Source: Candidatus Thorarchaeota archaeon
GTDB taxonomy: Archaea > Asgardarchaeota > Thorarchaeia > Thorarchaeales > Thorarchaeaceae
Reading direction: 5' to 3'
NCBI GenBank assembly: GCA_048882485.1
Contig: JBHLRP010000008.1
Location: 13,671 to 77,670 of the forward strand
DNA: 64,000 bases
Shown here: one piece after another, positions 20,495 to 30,335 of the stretch
Layout: each line of letters begins with the position of its first letter
Position numbering within the stretch: position 1 is the stretch's first letter
The notes under the pieces: model-generated
Database searches by the model: none
What the model was told of the DNA's origin: nothing
The model's input: only the letters and a program-made list of their open reading frames with translations
Program-made: the position numbers and the translations under genes

Positions 20495-21318
20495 TGGCCT
20501 ATCACACAGAGAACATCCTATGTCCTGTTTGTGGAGGTCGAATCGGTGTCGAGTTCACAGACAAAGTCAATCGCTGTGAGTACTGTGCCAGTTCGGTCCT
20601 AGGACCGAGTCAAAGCAGAAACTGTGTCAACCACTCAGACATCCTAGCAAAGGCATCCTGTAATGTATGTGGTGATCTCATCTGCGAAGAGTGCATGCAT
20701 ACCAGGATTGGAGATTATGGAGGAAAGCTTCTAACCATTGTGCATTGCAACAAGGATACTTGTATAGCAGAAAGTGATTGGGCAAAGTCCCTCAATAGAG
20801 AGTTTCAGGAACTGACCAACTTCGATTGGTCTGATAATGAGGACAACATTATCCTTAGAGTCGTTGGATTGGGTGCAATCCTAATGATGGTCTTCGAACT
20901 CTTCTTCATTCTGGCAATGCTATGGATTCAATACTTTGATCCTTGGGGACAATCAGTTCCTTCGCCGATTCCATTCCTTTTTGTTCGGGGCGACACCATT
21001 GTTATTCTAAATATCATCGGAAATGCATTGTCTGCCGTCATACTTCAAACGGCCCTGCAGATTTACATTCATGAAAGACAACTAGGATCAGGTGTATTCT
21101 TGCTTGGATTTCTGCTCCTCGAGGCGGCATTTCTCCTTGCCAGAGGACTCTACTTCAATCTATTAGCCTACCCAGGAACTTGGCTTGTTCCATTCCTGCT
21201 TGGAGCATTTGGCGTCGCCACACTGATGATATTCTTTGGTTCATTAGCAGGTATCTATGTGGGATGGAGGAAACATAGCCAAATAGCTGATGCAAAGATA
21301 AGACTTGGTCTTGAGTGA
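20494..21318 (+). CDS. zinc ribbon plus B-box-type zinc finger membrane protein (4 TM)
   Basis: CPVC...CEYC; CVNH-x7-CNVC-x4-CEEC; TGATG overlap with the upstream gene. Confidence 0.8.
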   Translation: MAYHTENILCPVCGGRIGVEFTDKVNRCEYCASSVLGPSQSRNCVNHSDILAKASCNVCGDLICEECMHTRIGDYGGKLLTIVHCNKDTCIAESDWAKSLNREFQELTNFDWSDNEDNIILRVVGLGAILMMVFELFFILAMLWIQYFDPWGQSVPSPIPFLFVRGDTIVILNIIGNALSAVILQTALQIYIHERQLGSGVFLLGFLLLEAAFLLARGLYFNLLAYPGTWLVPFLLGAFGVATLMIFFGSLAGIYVGWRKHSQIADAKIRLGLE

Positions 21319-21346
21319 GAAGTGAGATTTGCTTAACTCATTGTCC

Positions 21347-23095
21347 TCATTCTTTCGGGGTATCAAATAGGTCGATGAATCTAAACCTATCAACATCAAC
21401 CAGGCCCCTATCAGTTATCTTGAGTTTAGGTATCACAGGCAAAGAGAGGAAAGCCATGGTCATGAAGGGCTCACTGAGTGTACTTCCGATGGTCTTTGCG
21501 GCATCTTTTAGTTCCTGTATCTTCTCACTGACCACTTCTATTGTCTGATCTGACATTAGACCTGCAATAGGAAGTGGCAATGAAGCAATGACCTTCTCAT
21601 CTCTCACTATCGCCAATCCGCCTTGCATTCGGACAATCTGAACTGCAGCTGCTATGAGATCTCTGTCGTTGGTTGCTACCGCAACTATGTTGTGACTATC
21701 GTGAGCAATGGAACTGACCATAGCTCCTTCTTTTAGACCAAGACCTTTCACAAATCCTATACCCGTCACGTCTGATGCATTGTGCCTTTCAATGATTGCA
21801 ATCTTTGAAATGTCTCTGTCCACATCAGGAATTGCTAGCCCATCCTCAATCCTAGTGTCCTCAACAAGATGTTCAGTGATAATCTGATCAGGTATAATGC
21901 CTATGACGTTCATCTTATCTCCCCGGGCCTTGACCTGGAAATCTTCTGGATCTAGCCATGTTATGTTGACCGATCTTCGGAGACGTGGCTGTTCGTGCTC
22001 TCCGATGTCCCAAATTAGCTTCCCTTTGGAAGCCACCATTTCACCATTCTTGTAAACGCTATGGACGTTGATGTTCTTAAAATCATCAAGCACTGCAATG
22101 TCCGCATGATAGCCTGGTGCAATGGCTCCCCTATACTGTAGACCGTAATGTCGAGCTGTCGATATAGTGGCTACTCGAATGGCTTGGACAGGATCTACAC
22201 CATAGGATACTGCATCGCGAATCAGACTGTCAATATGCCCTCTTTCAAGTAAATCCAATGTGTTGCGGTCATCGGTCACAAAACTGCAGAGCAATGAGGT
22301 GTGCGGCTGGATAAGCGGTGAAAGGTCCTTGAGGTTCTTTGCAGTTGATCCCTCCCTGATATGAATGTGCATCCCCACGGCAAGCTTGGCCTCCGCTTCC
22401 TCCAATGTGTAGCACTCATGTTCGGATGTTATCCTAGCGGCGGCATAGGCGTTCAGTTCCATCCCTGCGAGGTCAGGTGCATGACCATCAACTCTCTTTC
22501 CTGTTGCCAGTGTCACTCTGATTTTCTCCAGAATGTCGGGGTCTCTGTAGACAACTCCGGGGTAGTTCATGGCTTCTGCGAGTCCCAATACATAGTGCTC
22601 GGAAAGGAGTGGTTTGATGTCTAAGAAATCCAGCGCTACCCCATTTGTCTCCAAATCGGTTGATGGCACACATGATGGGAGCATGATGTAAAACTCGAGC
22701 GGGCCTCCTCTCATGGACTTGGACATGTACATGATTCCCTCAAGTCCCAACACATTTGCGATCTCATGAGGGTCGGCAACAACTGCCCCTGTCCCATGGG
22801 GCACCACAGCTCTGGCATATTGAAGTGGCATGACCATGGAAGACTCCACGTGTACATGGGCATCAAAGAATGAGGGTACGACATACTTGCCCTTGAGGTC
22901 AACAGTGTTGCTGCCAACATACTTTCCAATGCCTGCGATATAGCCCTGATGGATCGCGACATCTCCTTCGATTATATCTCCAGAAAAGACGTTGACCACT
23001 GAAGCATTTTTCAGGACGAGATCGGATCGAGTTCTTCCAGCGGCAACATCAATCATCTGGTCAAGGGGGTAGGTGTCGGTCTGCGTTGTAGCCAA
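21347..23095 (-). CDS. ade: adenine deaminase
   Basis: DAHVHVESSM, DPHEIANV, DGHAP, REGS, TDD, AHDSHN and LPVIPKLKITDRGL motifs. Confidence 0.95.
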   Translation of the reverse strand: MATTQTDTYPLDQMIDVAAGRTRSDLVLKNASVVNVFSGDIIEGDVAIHQGYIAGIGKYVGSNTVDLKGKYVVPSFFDAHVHVESSMVMPLQYARAVVPHGTGAVVADPHEIANVLGLEGIMYMSKSMRGGPLEFYIMLPSCVPSTDLETNGVALDFLDIKPLLSEHYVLGLAEAMNYPGVVYRDPDILEKIRVTLATGKRVDGHAPDLAGMELNAYAAARITSEHECYTLEEAEAKLAVGMHIHIREGSTAKNLKDLSPLIQPHTSLLCSFVTDDRNTLDLLERGHIDSLIRDAVSYGVDPVQAIRVATISTARHYGLQYRGAIAPGYHADIAVLDDFKNINVHSVYKNGEMVASKGKLIWDIGEHEQPRLRRSVNITWLDPEDFQVKARGDKMNVIGIIPDQIITEHLVEDTRIEDGLAIPDVDRDISKIAIIERHNASDVTGIGFVKGLGLKEGAMVSSIAHDSHNIVAVATNDRDLIAAAVQIVRMQGGLAIVRDEKVIASLPLPIAGLMSDQTIEVVSEKIQELKDAAKTIGSTLSEPFMTMAFLSLPVIPKLKITDRGLVDVDRFRFIDLFDTPKE

Positions 23096-23165
23096 TCCTC
23101 TTCACTCCTTTAGTTTCTCTACTCAGACAGACAACAAGAAAGGGTTTCCGGTGTCATCATATTAT

Positions 23166-23352
23166 GCACGGTTTTTTCCATATGCACTTGACCCGAGTCA
23201 AGGTTAACTTGTTAAACCTCACTCCGTGCCTCCCTCTAGGTTTCACCTTGATTCAGCTAGAGCGGTCATACCCATTTTCCGAATCAGAAAAATCATCCTT
23301 CAAAGGCCTCGAAATTTCAGGTTCATATACTCAGAAACCGAATATGGAGGCC
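23166..23352 (-). promoter_or_regulatory. putative structured RNA in the ade upstream region
   Basis: Several nested stems (GGCCTC/GAGGCC, CTCTAG/CTAGAG, GCACGG/CCGTGC, CTTGAC/GTCAAG). Wobbles read as G-U on the minus strand. Confidence 0.4.
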
Positions 23353-23401
23353 AATAGAAAATAATGCTTGTTTAGACATAGTAGAATTGCCTAACCCGGT
23401 G

Positions 23402-24166
23402 TTATTCCTTCTTCACACCAACAACGATTAGCCTTCTAGCTGTGTTATCATATACGCTACCATCAAGTCCACCATAGGCACGCACATCTACGAATCCCGC
23501 TGATCTAAGTAATGACTTCAGCTCTGTGGCTGAGTAGATATAGTGAGTGACAATCCATTCATGTCTTGTCCCATCTTGTGTAATCAATATCCAAGTGTTG
23601 TGAAATTTTCTCCAATCATCAGCGGGCTTTCTTCGTTCAAGATAGATGCCATACTCCCCTTCGCTCCAGTCCGCCTCTTTGTATATTCTTGCTAGAATCT
23701 CCTTCCCCATTACATCAATAATGAACCGACCTCCAGGTCTGAGAGATTTGTATACATTATCCAGCACAACCATTTGCTGACTATCGTCATCGAAGTATCC
23801 AAACGAAGTGAACATACTCAAGACAACATCAAAGCTTTTCTCTCGCACAAACTCTCTCATGTCCATCAGCACAAACTCAGTTGAGAGGGCTTCATTCTTT
23901 GCTGTGCCCTTCGCTATCTCTAGATAGGACTTGGTTCTATCAACGCCGGTGACCTTGTATCCTCTTCTTGCGAATTCATTTGAATGCCGACCGATTCCGC
24001 AACACAAGTCCAAGATTTCATCTTCAGTTGACATCTCTAATAGCTCGATGGTCTTGTCTACTTCTTCGATGGTCATCTCAATCCTTTGTTCACTGAACAT
24101 GACCCGGCCAAATCTCTCCCACAGTTCATCCCTTTCATACCAGGGTGTCTTATCATCAGCTGGCAT
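23402..24166 (-). CDS. class I SAM-dependent methyltransferase
   Basis: ILDLCCGIGRH, FDVVLSMFTSFGYF and LRPGG motifs; ATG 24166. Confidence 0.9.
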   Translation of the reverse strand: MPADDKTPWYERDELWERFGRVMFSEQRIEMTIEEVDKTIELLEMSTEDEILDLCCGIGRHSNEFARRGYKVTGVDRTKSYLEIAKGTAKNEALSTEFVLMDMREFVREKSFDVVLSMFTSFGYFDDDSQQMVVLDNVYKSLRPGGRFIIDVMGKEILARIYKEADWSEGEYGIYLERRKPADDWRKFHNTWILITQDGTRHEWIVTHYIYSATELKSLLRSAGFVDVRAYGGLDGSVYDNTARRLIVVGVKKE

Positions 24167-24322
24167 GGCGAATACCACGATAGACAATCGGATGAAGGTC
24201 CATTTCAACTTTCGGTCAAGAGTTGTTGTCCAATTCCATTTCGTTTGATTTTTAACGGACATCTGGCGGGAACAGATAGAGCTTCAGTTGCGACTGTAGC
24301 TTTTGAGCTATGGAGACAATTA

Positions 24323-25006
24323 ATGATGACGTGGCTGGAAAGACACCCCATCAGAACGGACTCCAAGAGCATTGCCCTTCTAGCTATCTTTACAGCGATG
24401 GTGATAGCCATTGAGGCATTTCCAATACCGGGGATAACTGACATCCCACTGGACCCCTCTGGCGGATTCACAATAGACCCTACGGGCATACCAATTGTGA
24501 TTGTATTTGAGGGACTTGGATTCCTCTTTTCGTTGATCATGATAGCTGCAATGTGGATCGCAATTGGATACCGAAATCCAATCGGTGCAACCTTCAAGGG
24601 CTTTGCTGAGTTCTACACCATACTAGGTATGATAGTTGCGAAGATAATAGTCAGACGCCGGAGATATGACCGAAGGGTACGTATCATCCTGTACTTGATT
24701 TTCGGATGCCTCTTCAGAGCGGTTGGTATGTTCTTAACCAACATTCCATTGTTACAAACGCTTTATGGACTTCCTTTCGACATAGCTGTAGCAGGGTCTG
24801 CAGCATATGTTGCCCTTAACATCATTCAAGCAGCTATCAACGTAGTTGGCGGACTCATACTCTATTACCTAATCCCCGAGAATTTGGCACTTCAGGCGGG
24901 CCTAGGGGATGACGCCGGCAGCGCGTCTTCTAGGGTTGAAGAGCTTCCGTTAGAAGAAATTGAGAGTTCTCAGCCAGATGACCCCGCGTTCCGAGGTCAG
25001 GGATGA
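24323..25006 (+). CDS. ECF transporter S-component-like membrane protein
   Basis: SKSIALLAIFTAM N-terminal motif, IDPTGIP, and about 6 TMs. Confidence 0.65.
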   Translation: MMTWLERHPIRTDSKSIALLAIFTAMVIAIEAFPIPGITDIPLDPSGGFTIDPTGIPIVIVFEGLGFLFSLIMIAAMWIAIGYRNPIGATFKGFAEFYTILGMIVAKIIVRRRRYDRRVRIILYLIFGCLFRAVGMFLTNIPLLQTLYGLPFDIAVAGSAAYVALNIIQAAINVVGGLILYYLIPENLALQAGLGDDAGSASSRVEELPLEEIESSQPDDPAFRGQG

Positions 25007-25013
25007 ATCAGCA

Positions 25014-25769
25014 ATGAAGAATCGAGAACTCACCATAGTGCCAATTCGGGAGATTCCCCTGATTAAACCAGGGGATGACCTCCCCTCTCTTTTTGCTGAG
25101 AAGCTGAGGGGCATTAGCGAGGAGCTTGAATCTGGCGATGTCCTCGTGGTATCTCATACCATTGTGTCTATAGCTGAGGGGCGACTCTATTTACTGTCAG
25201 AGATTGAAGTTTCTGATAAAGCAAGGCAACTGTCATCGAAATTGGAAAAAGAACCAGAGTATGTACAGCTGGCATTGGACAACTCAGTCGAAATAATCCG
25301 TGAAGCACCTGTATTGATTACAAGAACTGCCCAGGGGCTCATTACTGACTTTTCTGGTGTCGACAAGAGCAATGCTCCGCCTGATCATGCTTTGGCACTT
25401 CCCATGGACCCGGACAATTCGGCTCAGGCGATACATGATGCGATTTCTAATGAGCTTGGCATTGAGATCCCTGTAATCATAGCTGACACTCAAGGTCGGC
25501 CTTGGAGGAGAGGTGCAATCAACTTAGCAATTGGTATTGCTGGCATGACGCCCTTTACTGAGAATGCCGGCAGACTGGACCGCTTTGGAAGAACACTTCA
25601 GACTTCCCGCGTGTGCCTTGCTGATGAACTTGCGGCGGCAGCCGAGCTTGTTATGGGCCAAGCTGGAGAAGGAATTCCAGCTGCCATAATACGGGGATTG
25701 AATCTTAAGAATGAACATGGGTCTGCTAAAGATATCCTAAGAGACCCCGAACGAAACCTCTTCAGGTAG
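25014..25769 (+). CDS. cofE: coenzyme F420-0:L-glutamate ligase
   Basis: IPLIKPGDDL, SGVDKSN, LPMDPDNSA, DTQGRPWRRG and ADELAAAA motifs. Confidence 0.92.
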   Translation: MKNRELTIVPIREIPLIKPGDDLPSLFAEKLRGISEELESGDVLVVSHTIVSIAEGRLYLLSEIEVSDKARQLSSKLEKEPEYVQLALDNSVEIIREAPVLITRTAQGLITDFSGVDKSNAPPDHALALPMDPDNSAQAIHDAISNELGIEIPVIIADTQGRPWRRGAINLAIGIAGMTPFTENAGRLDRFGRTLQTSRVCLADELAAAAELVMGQAGEGIPAAIIRGLNLKNEHGSAKDILRDPERNLFR

Positions 25770-25773
25770 AAAG

Positions 25774-26352
25774 CTATCCCATCAACAGGGCTAATGTTTC
25801 AGCCATATCATGCTCACTCCAGAGACCTACATGATACCATCTTAGATATCCCTCATTATCAATAATCACAATGGAAGGGATGTATTGGACATTGAGGTAG
25901 TTGCTAAAGACACTCTGAGTATCAAGACCATGTGGCCAGGGGAGGTCCTTGTCTTCCATGTAGGCTGCCATCATGGCTTCGGTTTCACTAGTATCAACGG
26001 TGAGGGATAGCAAATAGATGCTGTCACCCATGTTGTTGTACAGGGTTTCCAAATCCCCATTCTGAATCGCGCAAGAGCTGCACCACGTAGCCATAAGATC
26101 GATGACCACGAAGCGGTTTCGTAGCGAATGAAGTGACACAATGCTTTCATCGGACATAACGAGGTTCCAATCAGGCAATTGTATTCCCCGATTTCTTAGG
26201 TCAACATCCTGTGCAATGTTGTCTGTGGTTGTGTTCGTGTGCCCATTATTGTTGGAGCCTCCATCAAATGTAAGGAACGTTAAACCAACAGCAAATCCAA
26301 CAACAACAATGCACGCAACGGCTATGACTAAAAGTGCCTTCTCTGGTTGCAT
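25774..26352 (-). CDS. membrane-anchored TlpA/redoxin family protein
   Basis: N-terminal TM; ATWCSSC; YIP cis-Pro loop. Confidence 0.85.
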   Translation of the reverse strand: MQPEKALLVIAVACIVVVGFAVGLTFLTFDGGSNNNGHTNTTTDNIAQDVDLRNRGIQLPDWNLVMSDESIVSLHSLRNRFVVIDLMATWCSSCAIQNGDLETLYNNMGDSIYLLSLTVDTSETEAMMAAYMEDKDLPWPHGLDTQSVFSNYLNVQYIPSIVIIDNEGYLRWYHVGLWSEHDMAETLALLMG

Positions 26353-26493
26353 TTTGTAACCTCAACAGAGTCCGGACGTGCATACTTATCGCACACTGTT
26401 AATAAGAATTGGGAAGTAGACAAAGTCTTGAAGGTGAAAGTGCACGCCACAGATATCCTTAGATATTCTAGAACTCATCTCCTCCTGAGCAAA

Positions 26494-27441
26494 ATGGCAG
26501 AAGGAAAAAGAAGGTTCATACCTGCATTCATTTTCACAATTGCTGGCATTGCTGCAGCGGTATATGCGGTCGTCAGGGTCACTGGGATAATCGGTGGTCC
26601 ATTGGCATCAACTGACCTCGTTCGACAGATAGACGGTGGATTTGCAATTGATACGATTACTGTCATGGCCATTGTGCTACCAATCTATTTCATAGAGTTC
26701 ATCTTGCTTTCTGTTCCATTTGCTGCTATCATGATGCTTATGAACAGGCTCTATCGCGCGAAATCCTACACCCAGAGTGTAATACCTGTTGGAAATAGAT
26801 TCGGAGCCGTGCGCATCATTCGAAGAGCTCTAGTGCCTTCACTATTTGCATTGTCATTCAGTGAAATCATGATCCAAATATTCCCTGATACAATCTTGGC
26901 CGTTCCAGTATATCCTGCGGAAGTTGCCTATACTGGTGTTGTACGCCTAACTGAACCACTAATCTGGCTTCTAGGAGCTCTGATTGCCGTGGTACTTGCG
27001 GTTCCGCTGTATTCACCAACCTGGATTCTCAATGACTCTGGTATTGTGACTCATTTGAAGAGGAATGAATTAGAGATTAGGAGATGCCCAGATACGGAGG
27101 GCGTGGGCAAATGGTTCGGTCAGTATCTAACTGGATTTGCAATTTTCTCCTACCCAGTTGCGATTGCTAGCAAGTTCATTATAGCTCTGCCGCGACTCAT
27201 TCTTGAACGTGGAGGAACAATAGGTTTGGACTATATCTTTGAAAGCCTTGTCTGGATAGCTGGTTTGCCTCTTATCGTGATGGCATTCATTCTGCCTGTG
27301 ATTATTGTGAGCGAATTCGCTCTCCCCAAAACGTCATCCATCATACAAAGGGTTGCACGAAGTTTCGGTGCGGAAGACCTCAGACTTGAGGACGTAGAGC
27401 CGGTTCTAAATCGGGATGATACTGGGTATTCAGTGCAGTAG
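26494..27441 (+). CDS. hypothetical multi-pass membrane protein
   Basis: About 6 hydrophobic segments; likely ATG at 26494. Confidence 0.7.
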   Translation: MAEGKRRFIPAFIFTIAGIAAAVYAVVRVTGIIGGPLASTDLVRQIDGGFAIDTITVMAIVLPIYFIEFILLSVPFAAIMMLMNRLYRAKSYTQSVIPVGNRFGAVRIIRRALVPSLFALSFSEIMIQIFPDTILAVPVYPAEVAYTGVVRLTEPLIWLLGALIAVVLAVPLYSPTWILNDSGIVTHLKRNELEIRRCPDTEGVGKWFGQYLTGFAIFSYPVAIASKFIIALPRLILERGGTIGLDYIFESLVWIAGLPLIVMAFILPVIIVSEFALPKTSSIIQRVARSFGAEDLRLEDVEPVLNRDDTGYSVQ

Positions 27442-28039
27442 GGCTTGGTTCCCATGGAGTATCGACGAATAGCACCCTATACGGTCGTGATTTGCGATCG
27501 ATTATGACATGACCTCTCTCTGCTAGCATCTTGACATACTTCTGGACTTTCCCCTTCTTGATTTCGCTCCTTGCAGTGAGGTCTGCGTATGTCCCTCCTC
27601 TGGATTGCTGTATGACACAGAGCAGCTGATACTCGGGTAGATTGAGAACCACCGATCGCAGTGCGTCGTTTTCGCGGAGCATACCCTCCTCATCTGCTGA
27701 GAGTAGCCTGGAAACCTTTGCCTTCAACTTCGAGATTTCAGCCAGGAGCGTGACTCTGTCAGATTCAAAACGAGAGAAGATGCCGCTTGAAGTATGCAGT
27801 AATTCGGCACTCAAGTCATTGGCGAGCCCATCAATAGCTTCTCTGGACGCTAGCCGTGCCTCTCTCACTAGACCAGTGAGGTCACTAGAGTCAAGCCATT
27901 CCCCAGCAATGAGTTTCTCCAATTCAGAATAGTAATTCTCCAATCGACGGACCCAGAGATCACGTTTGCCTTGAAGCACACCAGCTATTCTCAGTGTTGA
28001 TCTTGCCGCAGTATCTTCATGACTACTCATGTGGCTCAC
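27380..28039 (-). CDS. coiled-coil protein with C-terminal winged helix
   Basis: GTYADLTARSEIKKGKVQKYVKMLAERGHV winged helix-turn-helix. Confidence 0.65.
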   Translation of the reverse strand: MSHMSSHEDTAARSTLRIAGVLQGKRDLWVRRLENYYSELEKLIAGEWLDSSDLTGLVREARLASREAIDGLANDLSAELLHTSSGIFSRFESDRVTLLAEISKLKAKVSRLLSADEEGMLRENDALRSVVLNLPEYQLLCVIQQSRGGTYADLTARSEIKKGKVQKYVKMLAERGHVIIDRKSRPYRVLFVDTPWEPSPTALNTQYHPDLEPALRPQV

Positions 28040-28110
28040 TCTAGATTCTACTGCACTGACTGAAAATAGGAGCTAGTGTCACGTGGATATGATGGACTAT
28101 CATACATGGT

Positions 28111-28800
28111 CTAGATCCAAGTAATGGTGTCCAGTAATTCTTCGATGGGTCGTGGGAAGTAGTCTTGGTGCCTTAATCTAGAGTCCGCAGCAAGTTCAGT
28201 GCCTTCATCGAAGACCAGATGCTCAAGCTTCATCGCTCCAAAGATGGAAGAGATGTTCAATGTATTGAAGTGATTGCCATTCAAAAGCAGATATCGCAAG
28301 TCTGTGAATCTTGCAAGTGGTGATAGGTCTAGCCGCGCTAGGTTGTTGTTAGCTAGAACCAAGTACTGCAGACGGGTGCATCTGACTAAGGGCATGAGAT
28401 TCACTTCACTTAGCTGGTTGTTTGAAAGGTAGAGCCACTTGATGCCTCTTAAATCCGCAAGAGGTGAAAGGTCGATAGTGCTCAGCTTATTCTGTGACAA
28501 GTCAAGAGCTTGTAGCTTAGATGATCGGCTAAGAGGAGAAAGATCGATTGTCCCAATCTGATTGTCGCTTAGAATCAGCATCCTCATGTTGGCACATTCA
28601 TACAAAGGACCAAGATCAACTTCTGATATGGCATTGGACTTCAAGTTCACAGTTTCCAAGTCCCTTAGCGAGGCTAGTGGGACCAAGTTTATACTGGCTA
28701 TATTCATGCCTTTCAGGTCGAGGTCAGTGACATAGATGTCTTTGTCTGTTTGAAGTTGCTCGCCTACCTCTGTGGTAAATCTAATTACGACCCTACCCAG
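28111..28800 (-). CDS. leucine-rich repeat protein (internalin-like)
   Basis: About seven 22-aa repeats LxxLxLsxNxLxxIDLSPL. The frame is open upstream of ATG 28707 to CTG 28800, which follows GAGGAG. Confidence 0.85.
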   Translation of the reverse strand: MGRVVIRFTTEVGEQLQTDKDIYVTDLDLKGMNIASINLVPLASLRDLETVNLKSNAISEVDLGPLYECANMRMLILSDNQIGTIDLSPLSRSSKLQALDLSQNKLSTIDLSPLADLRGIKWLYLSNNQLSEVNLMPLVRCTRLQYLVLANNNLARLDLSPLARFTDLRYLLLNGNHFNTLNISSIFGAMKLEHLVFDEGTELAADSRLRHQDYFPRPIEELLDTITWI

Positions 28801-28968
28801 TTCTACCGACTCCTCTCTCAGGCTGATTTTTACAATACAAATTGCCTCATGACTTTTACGCTATTCGCGTGCCGCACATATTTCCATTTGTGCATCGATG
28901 TAAAAAGGTTCTGGGAAGTGCAAAATAAAACCAAATCATGCCATTTGTATGGAGCGGAATGTTCGCTC

Positions 28969-29517
28969 CTAGTACTTAACAATACGAGTTTTCTCGACAT
29001 GTGCCCATGGAATCGAATCTGGTGTTGTGCTCTTTATTCGATTCACAAGTTCTAGCATCCCTTCTGGGTTATGAATGTCACCAAACTCCATTGTAGCTTC
29101 CTCCTCCTCGTCCTTTGTATATATTCTGAGGGCGCCGAGATTTATCACCCTAGAATGAGGTGGGGTATGAATCTCGAACCTGTCAATCTCATCATAGAAG
29201 ACTCGAGTTGTCATTCTATTATACGAGCCTTTCATCACACGCAGATTCCATGTTGTGACAACATAGACAGTGTATCTTTTCTTGTATTCCCCAATGCCCC
29301 ATAGCAGCAGAGCGAAGAGCATTCCTCCCATGCCCAACCACCACGCAAGCTCATCATAAGCAACGACTCCCGCAGCTACTGATATCATGAAGAGCCACCC
29401 TATAACGAAAAACACGGCACCGAGAACATACAGGTACAAGAATCCTGTTCGTGCGGGATGAAATGTCGCCAGAAGTTTCTCGCGGTTCTCCTGCGGAATG
29501 CTTAGCTGCTCGGTCAT
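28969..29517 (-). CDS. membrane protein with bacterial PH (bPH_2) domain
   Basis: Two TMs, then YVVTTWNL..KG...NLGALRIYT...IHNPE. Confidence 0.75.
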   Translation of the reverse strand: MTEQLSIPQENREKLLATFHPARTGFLYLYVLGAVFFVIGWLFMISVAAGVVAYDELAWWLGMGGMLFALLLWGIGEYKKRYTVYVVTTWNLRVMKGSYNRMTTRVFYDEIDRFEIHTPPHSRVINLGALRIYTKDEEEEATMEFGDIHNPEGMLELVNRIKSTTPDSIPWAHVEKTRIVKY

Positions 29518-29570
29518 GGGAATCACGGAAGGTGACCATCATATCGGTCTTATCAAGTTGTCGCGGGCGA

Positions 29571-30209
29571 TCATCTAGGAATTATCGATCCCTCTTCGGG
29601 AATGATACATTTTCCATCAGGAAATTCATATTGGAATTGCCTACAGAACGATTTTGGCCTCCTAAAGAGCCAATGCATGGGAACGACAGTTGGGAGAGGA
29701 GTATTGAACTTGGCCAGTTGCTCAATAGCAGAATTTGGGGAGGTAGCGACAAGGCCACTAATTGGAAGTGCGAAGAGGTCCAGATCCTTGTCGCCAAATC
29801 GCTCCAGGTTGACTGAATCTCCGCAGTGACCAAAGGCGAATCCATTTGATTTAGCAATGACTCCATAGACTACAATCCCTCCAAAGAAACCATGTTCACA
29901 TTCTACGAATTCGAGAGTGAATTCATCGAAGTTTAGCTTCTCGCCCAGCTTTGCTTCGACAGCCCTCTCTCTCCATTTTCCCAACGCATCTATCACCTGT
30001 CCATTTCCAATTAGTAATGCCTCAGGATTTCGCTCAAGGAAAATGCCTACTCCTCTTGTATGATCAAGGTGTTTGTGAGTACAATAGACAACATCGCCAT
30101 CAAGATCTCCTGATTTCTTGTTTGACGGATCAATTAGAAGGCTCTTAGTCCCAAACCTAATGTGAAATCCCGATTGCCCCAGGAATTTGATTTCTGGCCA
30201 TTTTGACAT
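29571..30209 (-). CDS. MBL-fold metallo-hydrolase
   Basis: LIDP, THKHLDH, HCGD and VPMHW motifs. Confidence 0.9.
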   Translation of the reverse strand: MSKWPEIKFLGQSGFHIRFGTKSLLIDPSNKKSGDLDGDVVYCTHKHLDHTRGVGIFLERNPEALLIGNGQVIDALGKWRERAVEAKLGEKLNFDEFTLEFVECEHGFFGGIVVYGVIAKSNGFAFGHCGDSVNLERFGDKDLDLFALPISGLVATSPNSAIEQLAKFNTPLPTVVPMHWLFRRPKSFCRQFQYEFPDGKCIIPEEGSIIPR

Positions 30210-30335
30210 ATTTGACACCAATGCACAATGCTTCAGATGATTGACATGCGCTCAGCTTTATATTCATTCAGGAGAATCATACCCCGAGTCTGAGACTTTG
30301 AATCCCTCAGACTCCCTCGGGGTGTATTAGCGAGC

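Noticed and set aside
23164-23364. 66-aa plus-strand ORF, or a canonical purine riboswitch, upstream of ade
   Set aside because: The ORF has no ribosome-binding site or motif. The purine riboswitch core (UAUAAU, AUGG, GUUUCUACC) is not present in order.
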